Assembly (NCBI RefSeq): GCF_009914755.1
Contig: NC_060939.1
DNA: 64,000 nt
DNA from: the human T2T-CHM13v2.0 reference genome, Homo sapiens
Direction: 5' to 3' (one strand)
The number at the start of each line of letters is the position of its first letter. Positions within the stretch are counted from its first letter, which is position 1. Below, in pieces: positions 53,320 to 64,000 of this stretch. A program made the position numbers and the translations under genes. Below the pieces are notes generated by a model that worked only from the letters and a program-made list of their open reading frames with translations, was not told the origin of the DNA and did no database searches.

Positions 53320-55740
53320 TTCCCAGAATAGGCAAAGATTTTTCAAATGGAAAACAAAAAATACTGATCATTTAAAAAACCAGTAAATTTAAGTTGATTG
53401 AAATTAACAAATTTTATTCATTAAAAGATCCATTAAAAGACTGAAAGGCCACCAGTCAGAATATCTATTGAAAAGTCAAAAAATAACAGATGTTGGCCAG
53501 GTTGTAGAAAAAAGGGAATACTTATACACTGTAGGTAGAAATATACATTATTAGTTCAGCCACTATAGAAAGCAGTTTGGAGATTTCTCAGAGAATTTAA
53601 AACAGAACTACCTTTGACCCAGCACTCCTATTACAGGGTACATACCCAAAGAAAAATACCTCATTCTACCAAAACGACCACATGCCCTCACCTATTCATC
53701 ACTGCACTATTCACAATAGCAAAGACATGGAATCAACCTAGATGCCCACTGACAGTGGACTGAATAATGAAAATGTGGTACATATACACCATGACATGCT
53801 ATGCAACCACAGAAAAGAATGAAATCATGTCCTTTTCAGCAACATGGATGGAGCTGGAGGCCATCATCCTAAGTTAATTAGCTCAGCAAGAGAAAACCAA
53901 ATACCACATGTTCTCACTCGTAAGTGGGAGCTAAACATTAAGTACACATGGACACAAAGATGGGAACAACAGACACTGGGGACTACTAGAGGGGAGAGGG
54001 GGGGACTGGGGGAGGGCTGAAAAACTACCTATCAGGTACTATGCTCACTACCTGGGTAATGGGATCATTTGTAGACAAAATCGCAGTGACATGCAATTTA
54101 CCCATGTAACAAACCTGGACATGTACCCCCTGAATCTAAAATAAAAATTGGGAAAAAAAGAGAGTGAAAGGTAAACCACAGACAGGGAAAAGATATTTCT
54201 ATACATATATGCATACAACACACACTAACCAACAAAGGGCTCATATTCAGAATTTTAAAACTACATATCAATAAGAAAAAAGGCAAACATCAAATAGTTG
54301 TATGATAGAATGGTTACATCACATAAAAGGATATCCAAATGGCCAATAACCATATGAAAAGGTGATCACCTTCACCAGTAATCAAAAAGCAAATAAAAAC
54401 CGTAGTGAGATGCCACTGCCTATCTATCAGAATGCTAAATTTAAAAAGATTGGCAATGCCAAGTACTGGGGAGAATGTGAAACAACTGGAACTCTCATAC
54501 ATTGCTGCTAGGAAAGTAAATTGGTACAACCAGTTGGAAAACTGCTTGGTATAATTTGGCACAAGTTACTGAAGCTAAACCCAAATCTCACATATGACCC
54601 AGTAATTCTACTCCTACCTATGTATCCAAAAAAAAAGTGTATATAACTACGTCAAAGACACACAATAACATTCATAGCAATTTCATTTATGATAGCTAAA
54701 AACTGGAAACAACCTGAATGTCCATCAAAGAATGAATAAAATAAATTTTGATACATTCATATAACTGAATAGTGCACAGAAATAAAAAGAACAAACTACT
54801 CCTATGCACAACAACACGAATGAATCTCGCAAACAAAATGAAGAATAAAAGAAGCCAAACATCGAAGAGTAAATTCTGTATGATTCCATGTACACGAAAT
54901 TCAAGAAGAGGCAAAACTAATCTATCTATTACAAGTTAAAATGGTAGTTACCTCTGCGTGGATTTGCAGGCAGAGTGTTGGGTACTGACTGAGAAAGGGC
55001 AAGAGGGAGGCCTTCTGGGGTGCTGAAAATGTATTATATCTTGATCATGGTGTATCCATATATGCAAAAATTCACTGAATAGTGCACCGAATATTTGTAT
55101 ACTTCACTGTATGTATTAAAATACAGTAAAATAGTTTTTTAATAATGAAAAATACAATGGCATACCGGTTTTCACTTAGCACATGGTCCAAAATTTTTTA
55201 ATGTGATAATATACTATGTTAGAAAGGTATAGAAAAACAACCTGGTGGGAGTGCAGGGTTAGTAAAGTTCTATGGAGGGCAATCGGCAAGATCTGTCAAA
55301 ATCTTAAATTAGTCTATCGAAATTATTTGCTGACCTAATTGTCAATTAGATTTACATATTTTTTAACTGGTGTTATCCTATAGAAATATACATACTTGTA
55401 AAAGTATATGTATGAGGATATTCAATGCAACATGGTAATAATGAAAGTTTAAAAACAACCAAAAATGTCTAGTGCTAGGAACTTGCTAAATAAATTATGA
55501 TGCTTCAATAGAATTTAATACCAGGCAGCCACTACAAAGAATGAAGCAGATCTATACATATCTACAGATATGGAATAGACACCAAGATACACTGTTAATA
55601 TTTTTTTAAAAACAGCAAAGTGAATAAACACACACATGCATGTACACATACAGGATGCTACCATTTGTTTGAAAAAAACTAAAGATTATACATTTATGTC
55701 TGTATACAACATTTTATATATATATATAGACATACACATA
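53320..55740 (+). mobile_element. Old L1M fragments with a nested L1PA/PB 3' end (~53449-54158)
   Basis: Repeated ORF2-end and 3' UTR motifs; inner element flanked by aaagactgaaagg / agagtgaaagg. Confidence 0.8.
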
Positions 55741-56271
55741 TATTACCTTAAAAAATAAGGCTAGAACTTTTTCTTTAAGTCAAAAGGGCCATGGTAACTA
55801 ATAATTTAAATTCTCTTTCCATTTTTACTGCTGTATAATCTTTTCATTATCTTTGGAAAGTGATAATTTATCAACCATTTCAATTCTTACAGATGTTTTA
55901 CTACCAAGCCTTATTGAAAAATCAGATACACTATGCTACCATAACCTACTGCCAACTCAAAATGGTTTCTTCTATACATGCAATTTCAATGATTATTTCA
56001 AGAATCTACCACTGATTTGAAGTTCTTCTTTATGGCCTCCTCTCAACTCACGCAACTTAGAAAAAAGTCCAAAACTATAACTGACAACTTAGCTTAAGAG
56101 AGTCAATCATCTCCAAATATGATTTCATTCAATAGCATCTTGTTTGTTTACTCGGTAATACAAACTGCAATTTGTAAACATATATTTGTTTACTTTTTAT
56201 TTGCTGATTCCCTACTAAACCATAAATAAATAGACACATATGTATATTGCCACTTACTGTCAGCCTCTTAC

Positions 56272-56380
56272 CTGTCTCTTGTACTCTTGGTTTCACTTTA
56301 TCCAAGTCTTCAGTACCCTCACAGAGATTTTCTGTTAGTATCCTAAATAAAAGATTAAGATCTTCTTGATTTAGACTAAC
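56272..56380 (-). CDS. VPS13C: VPS13C exon ~37, 109 nt, VSLNQEDL...RVQET
   Basis: cag|GTT ... CAG|gtaaga; phase 0-1. Confidence 0.94.
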
Positions 56381-57111
56381 CTGTAAAATATTATGTTAAA
56401 AAAAAAACTATATTACGTTTTAAAATGAAACAATTTTAATACAGAAAATAAATTCCCATTTGCAACACATGAGGGACAGAATAATCCTAACACTGAAAAG
56501 TTACATACAATCACAACTCACTTAAGTATTGCACTACTTATTTCATGTTAAAATTTTTATTTTCAAAGATAATAAGATGTTTATAGAAAACCAGTGTAAT
56601 TTATCAGTCAGTATTGGCTCCAATGACTTGACTTATGTTTATTGAAAGTTAATTATGATCAAAGAAATCTGACCTTTTCTATTAAAGTGACAACTTTGGA
56701 AAATGCATAATTCTACTTTTTAAACAATAACAATTCCAATGAAATAAAATGGTTGTCTTCAATATAAAAAAGTAAATATTTCCCTCAATGCTATCATCAT
56801 CTTAGGGCTACTTAGATATCCCTAAAAACAAAATGTACATATATAATACATGAGATATAGTATAATATGCTAATACATAATTTATATACAGATCTCTACC
56901 AATATGTATGTATAATAAATTTTAAAGTTAAGAAATCTTAACTAAAGATTAAATTCTACTGAAAATAATAATGATCTTGTTGGACAAAGTCTCACTGAAA
57001 TTTCTCTTATACTATTCAGCAAAAGAGTCTACATTTCATTTGGATTTCTGCTAAAAGTCTTTGGAGTTTAAAATTTCAACAATGAAGTTTTTTCTTCACT
57101 CATATACTTAC

Positions 57112-57259
57112 ATTCATTGAATCAAGATGTCCTTTAATTTCCACAACAGGCACCTTGTGGTACCAAGATGCAGCTAGATTCCGATTTACAAGAAATTCCA
57201 AGTTAATTGGGTGCAACAGCTGAATATCAGGATGGTAGATGCCTGGCTGGATCACTGTC
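57112..57259 (-). CDS. VPS13C: VPS13C exon ~36, 148 nt, TVIQPGIY...HLDSMN
   Basis: tag|G ... AAT|gtaagt; phase 2-0. Confidence 0.94.
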
Positions 57260-57819
57260 CTACGAAAAACAGAAATGTTACATAATGCATAGATATAGGG
57301 TAGAAATGCAACATATTAAAAAAAAGCAAAGTCAAGCAGTTATTTGCTGCTCTAAATACTGATCTGAAACAGTGTGGCTTGAGTATTTTCAAAACTGAAC
57401 CTATAATTAATCTATAATCCACTAGAAGGGACAAATTAAAAGGTGATATACAATGAACCATTAAGAAAACTTTTTTCTTTAAACAGTAGATAGGTGAAAA
57501 ATTGAATAAGTTTTTAAAAGCAATCCACACCATTGAAGAAATACAGAAAATCATCATATACAGTTGTTCAAGGATTAATAGGTATGTTGGTGCAGAGACT
57601 GAAGAAAATGATGGCAAAGTGAACAAGAGGAGTTAGCATTTTCCAAGGCATTTCATAAAGGTTTTCTCTAGGATTATTTTCTAGACTTGCCTTGTAGTCA
57701 TTAATTTTTTATTCTACATAATTAAATCTTCATGGATGGGGTAGAAAATAATTTTAAAATGAATTATGTACAGATTTCATGTGCCACCTGGTATGAGCAC
57801 TGAAGATACAAAATAATTT

Positions 57820-58440
57820 ACACAACATGCCTGCCAAAAATGTGTAAGTTCAATCAAACCATGAGGAATCACTCAGACACAACCAAATTGAGAGGTGAGT
57901 GGAACCGGACTGTAGTCTTCAAAACTACAGTAGTAGTCATGTAGTCATAAAAAGACAAAGAAAAGCTGAAGAACTACTCCAAAATAAATTTCTGTCAGTA
58001 CAGAAATCTTCCTCAATAGTACAGAATACAATTATACGCTATGGGTGATCCTGAATCAGGGAGAAATTTTTATAATGGACATTCCTATAATGCGAATTAT
58101 TATAATGGGACAACTGGTAAAATCTGAATATTGACTGAATTTCAGATTATAGTATTACATCGATATTAAATTTCTAGAATTATATCATAGTTAATATAAG
58201 AGAATGAATGTCCTTGTTTATAGGAGACATATGATAAAGTATTTAGGGACAAAAAGTTAAAGATGTCTATTCTCAAATGATTTAGCAAAAAATGTTTTAA
58301 ATAATATGTATATGTTTATAGATAGGTTAAAGCAAATATAAACAACTGGTGAATCTAGATGAAGGATATGTAGGTGCATTCACAGTACTATTTTTTTCCA
58401 TTTTTCTGTAGGTCTGAAATTTTTTAAAACAAAAGTTGAT
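57820..58440 (+). mobile_element. L1MC-like 3' end relic
   Basis: gggacaactggtaaaatctgaata...ggtgaatctagatgaaggatat. Confidence 0.65.
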
Positions 58441-58457
58441 TAAAAAACTGTTCTGGT

Positions 58458-59621
<1,164 letters not shown>

Positions 59622-60026
59622 TCATACATGTGGTAACTTTTTTTTTCCAATATTTAACTTTCCATTGAGCCCTATTTTTCTAGCAGTATTAAGAAATTAC
59701 GGATAATCCATCTATAACTATGAGCTGCCTGAACTGAGCTAATGTTATATGGTTAAGGAACAGAGAAAAATTTTTTTCCAATAATTTTTATACTAAAGAA
59801 TCTGGCTTCATTATATTGTAGCAAAAATAATTTGTTCTAGACAAAAATCATTAAATGATTCACTTTTCAACTGTTAAATAGGGGTTTTGATCTCTACATT
59901 CACGCATAAATATAATTAAAATAATGCCCACTCTAAAATCCAAGGTTTATAACATTTGCCATCATAATTATCACACTTTTAAAATATTTCAAAGTTGAAA
60001 AATCAATATACAAATAATTATTTTAC

Positions 60027-60194
60027 CAGAAGTGACATAAGGAATTTATGAAGATAGACAATCTGAATACAGCCAACATTCAGAGACAGCACACCATCCA
60101 CTTTGGACATGTCAGTATACAAATCCCCCTCAGTAGCATCTGGATACAAATCCAAATTAAAACGGAAAACTTCATTTCCCATTATTGACACAGC
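60027..60194 (-). CDS. VPS13C: VPS13C exon ~34, 168 nt, AVSIMGNEVF...FLMSLL
   Basis: cag|GCT ... CTG|gtaaaa; phase 0-0. Confidence 0.95.
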
Positions 60195-60404
60195 CTGAAA
60201 AACAGAGACTTGAATGTACTCTATCCGGGAAGGTAATGACAAAATAAAATCTCATTTACAAAAGGCTTTACATTTATAATCTTTATAAAAAAATTTTTCT
60301 ATTGAAATATATTTCATTAATGTTTTTAAAATAAAATACATTTTACAATAGAAGCTCATATTCAGTCATTAAAGAATATTAACTATCTGTTTACAATCAC
60401 CTAC

Positions 60405-60508
60405 TTTCTTATGAACTGTCTTTGGATCAACATCTGTGACAATAATATTTTCTAGTCGGGCAAAAAGTGACTGCTTTCTTGACTGGAGAGAAAGGGAGGA
60501 ATCCAGTC
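60405..60508 (-). CDS. VPS13C: VPS13C exon ~33, 104 nt, LDSSLSLQ...KTVHKK
   Basis: cag|GA ... AAA|gtaggt; phase 1-0; only this donor keeps frame; same length as paralog 43971-44074. Confidence 0.93.
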
Positions 60509-61490
60509 CTGAAAAAAAGAGTGTATTATTATAATTTCTACAGACCTACCATAAATAAGATCTTTCTTTCCATTACATTATTTTATTTTGGGGTGACTTT
60601 TTTAAATTTAGCAATGTTTCAACTCCCAATGGATAAATAAGTTGCAATATTAGAGTTTTTTGGTTTTATAAACACCAAAACCTATAAATTCATTAAACAA
60701 TGATTATGTGACTTTTCAATCAGGGGAAGAAATACATCTAGTACAAATAGATTATCTCAGGATTTAAGTAAATTATCCTTTATACCTTATATCCAGTCAT
60801 TTACATGGAAACTATAAAAGTTTCACAAATCAAATTCAGACTAGTAGATGCGCTGCCAGTTTGGAAAGGACAAAGGAAAAAAGCCCCTAGTTTTCTAGTT
60901 TTTAAGTTCTTAAAAAATTTCATTAAACATATTCAACATATTCTTGACCTCTACCAGGTCACAACAAGCTAGTAAAAGTAAGCCAGAGGAAAAGCTAGAT
61001 GAGTTTTGGCAGCTTTTACCTAAAAGAACATAATGGGCTCATAGATATTGTCACCATTATAAGATTGCTTTTCATAAGGAAAGACAAATAAAGACAAATA
61101 CATAATTATATATAAAAATCATATGAAGGTAAAAAAAAAAGATTAAAAAGTTACTAGAAAGCACGTCCACAGACCTTCACCTAAAATCTAGACTGACACT
61201 TCTCCTAGCCCATCAATAGCATTCCTACATTGACATCAGTATCCCTTTTCCACTTCCTAGATAACTCTCAGGAAGGTCCCAAACACCAGGATATGTGTAG
61301 AGGTCAATTGGGATGGTCAGATTCTGACCAATATCTATATCCCAAATAGAGGAAGCATACAATCCAATTACGTCTTTTCAGGTTTCACAGCTTAGAGCCC
61401 TTTATTTGTACATTCTTTAGCATTGCAAAGAGACAAAAAGAAGGAAAAGTTTATCTTTTCGCCAATTTTCAATGCCGTGTGAACTTTTAC

Positions 61491-61607
61491 CTTGAATCTT
61501 GATTTCGGCGATATTGTTCTTTTCGTTGCAAACAATGACACAGAAAGCATTCAACTTGGCAAATAGCCTGAAATCAATAATGTCACTATCTCTGGAGGAT
61601 ACAATCG
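61491..61607 (-). CDS. VPS13C: VPS13C exon ~32, 117 nt, IVSSRDSD...AEIKIQ
   Basis: AG/GT boundaries; phase 1-1; inside ORF 61417..61653. Confidence 0.95.
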
Positions 61608-61839
61608 CTAAAAATAAAACAAAGCATCTGTCACATGGTGAGATTCTAGTCATCTACATTCTTTTAAGGTTTATTCGCTATATTAAGTGAACCACTGTTA
61701 TGTTAAAAAAAATTATAACATTCTCCAACTCTTAAAGATTCAAACACTTTTTTTGCTTTATATATTCTGTAAAGTTTGCATTTTTAATAGTGAGATATTA
61801 CTTTTATAATTTAAAAGCAAGAGAAAAAACTACAATAAA

Positions 61840-62070
61840 TAAATAAGGACACTGAACCTCAGAAAAGTTAAATAATGTGTCTAAGGTTACATGGTTGAAG
61901 TAGCAAAATCAGGATGTGAACTGAGTTCTTCCTGATCCAAAATCTGGGCTCTTGGCCAATTAGATGCTACTCCTGAACCCTTCCCTACCTTTGTGTCTCT
62001 GAGCCTTAATTTCCTTATGTGTAAAATGGAAAGAAAGACTAACTCTTTATAAAGCCCCTTCAGGAGCCAC
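61840..62070. mobile_element. Two MIR fragments in opposite orientation
   Basis: aaggacactgaacctcagaaaagttaaataa..ctaaggttaca; ctctgagccttaatttccttatgtgtaaaatgg. Confidence 0.6.
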
Positions 62071-62354
62071 TGAGCGGGGAGGAAGAGCTCAGTATAAATA
62101 CAGATCTTCTCCCCCTATTACCTACCTAAGGGCTTCCTACACCACCACCAAAATAAGAACTAAAAGAAACATTTTTAAAAACAACAGTATTGATTACATT
62201 TGCCTTATACATCAGGTGCTCGCATATAATTTAATTTGAAGAAAAGGGGAAAATGGTATTTAAATGACTGAGTCAGATAGTCTCTAGTATTCCTCATTTA
62301 GCTTTAGAATTCTAAAACCCTTGCTAACAAAAAACAAAAATGTATGTTTCATAC

Positions 62355-62517
62355 CTTTTGGCAGAGTTGAATTTTTTTGTTGTTTTTCAGTTGAAATTTG
62401 TACCTCCTTAGCAACACTTATGCTTTGATCATCAGATGGAATAATGGTTGTGAGGTAATTAATAGAAGCGACAAGAGCTTGTGTTTGCAGCAACAGATTT
62501 AAAGATGAAAAGGCCAC
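62355..62517 (-). CDS. VPS13C: VPS13C exon ~31, 163 nt, VAFSSLNLLL...STLPK
   Basis: tag|GTG ... AAG|gtatga; phase 0-1; inside ORF 62284..62517. Confidence 0.95.
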
Positions 62518-63738
62518 CTAAAAATGTTTTAAAGAGAAAATTAGTTTTCCACAGCCAATTATAACCTGTAGTCTCCACGACAGACCCAAAAGATTCTCAG
62601 GTGGGCTTACATCATTGCTTTCCACCACTCTGAAGGAAGAGTAAAAAGTGGAAGATTCACAATCCCCTTAAAAAGGGAATATACAGAGAAAAATTACACT
62701 TATACACTTCAGGGGTACATCAGAATATTACAGTAACCTAATTACTCCATTTCCAAAGCATAATGGTTATGAAGTCTATACTCTGCTTCTCATGGCTATG
62801 CTGATATTCAACATACAGACGGCTTCTTGGATCTTCAATGGACAATTATGATTATATAAAATTATAAGTCAAAAGGCGAAATCCCAGAACCACCATGTGC
62901 TACTACTATGTCTAGAAATGACTTCAAAGGTGGCATCCGTGAAATTTAAATATAAAAAGGACAATTATGAATGGGTTACTAAGTGACCTTTTCAAATCAC
63001 AATAATGGTGTTATCATTTAAAAAGAAACACAATATAGAACTTGTAGGGGAAAAGTACTACTTTTTTTAAAGCAATCACTCTAGGAAGCTAAAATAGCAA
63101 TACAAATTGATTTCAAGAATGGGTAGTTTTCTAATAGCAAATTAATATAAAATAAAAAGCTCTGTTTATAAAAATGAATTTCTTTTCATTTTCTCATAAC
63201 ACTAAATGGATATAAAAACAATAAAAGGTTCACAATATTAAAACAGATTTCCCCATCTCTCAAAAAAGTGTGAGCTAAAACTCGCCTCTCTCCTTTTCTT
63301 TTTAGTTACCCATAAGTACATTTTGCCCCTCTTACTCTAAGCTACTACGTAAGTAGTGCTTTGACTTCAAAAGTGCTCAACATGTCTCCTTATATTTTAT
63401 ACACTTTTTCACCTGTACATCAAACAATGGTATCTAGTTTGGCTAGTTTAGAAACCTTTTAGTTCTTTGTACATCAAAGTTCTTTTGTCTACAGCATTCC
63501 CTAATTTAGAAATAATACTGAAACTTTTAAGGACGCTAGGATGTGATATAACAAAACAGCTTTACTAAGCTGAATCATAAACACAGAGCATGGTAAGTAT
63601 CGATGAGGTTATTTATAACTCTTATTGGTCCTTGATTATGTCATCAAATTACCTAGTCAATACTCCTCAAAGGATACTAGAGGCTTTGAGACTAGGTTAT
63701 TTTCAAACAGGATAAATTCCTTTAACAGAATTTCTTAC

Positions 63739-63798
63739 CTTAACTGTTTGTTCAGTTTTTCCAAAAGCAGTTTGAAAACTAGGTCCATTCTTATCAGC
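63739..63798 (-). CDS. VPS13C: VPS13C exon ~30, 60 nt, ADKNGPSFQTAFGKTEQTVK
   Basis: ttcag|GCT ... AAG|gtaaga; phase 0-0; paralogous to 48022-48081. Confidence 0.95.
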
Positions 63799-64000
63799 CT
63801 GAAAAAAGAAGTAAAAGTTCTAAAGAAGGTACTAGGATCGAAGTAAATAAATCACTTATTTATTATCTCTGGTTAATTTATTTATAGTTATAAATGTATT
63901 TTATATACACTGTATATTTAATTTTATTGCCATTATTTTAAATTTACATCCAAATAATGTATTTATTATAATAGTGCAAATGTGTTCTCCTCTTCAAACA

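Noticed and set aside
63413-63500. Possible extra exon (tag|GG...CAG|gtgaaa)
   Set aside because: Poor polypyrimidine tract, 88 nt would break frame, and no counterpart in the paralogous unit

Overview
Human genomic DNA (AluYa5, L1PA and other primate repeats), lying entirely inside the minus-strand gene VPS13C (PARK23, bridge-like lipid-transfer protein). I traced 37 consecutive GT-AG coding exons from 63798 down to 4928. They splice into one uninterrupted 6114-nt frame (2038 codons). Positions of published variants recalled from memory place them at about exons 30-66 (aa ~998-3035). They encode the RBG lipid-channel region, which contains an intragenic duplication with a 515-aa period (seven paired exons of identical length and phase), and all six VAB-repeat Pro...Asn motifs. 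Introns hold many transposable elements. The most notable: two twin-primed (5'-inverted) L1PA insertions next to splice donors that form an inverted pair around two in-frame exons; a pristine AluYa5; a MER5A>Alu>Alu triple nest forming a nearly spacerless inverted repeat; a tandem Alu pair with a (UG)20 tract; and a fold-back hairpin in an old L1. I found no evidence of a new gene or new biological system. The best leads are repeat-driven splicing hypotheses. Exon numbers and repeat subfamily names come from memory and need RefSeq/RepeatMasker confirmation.
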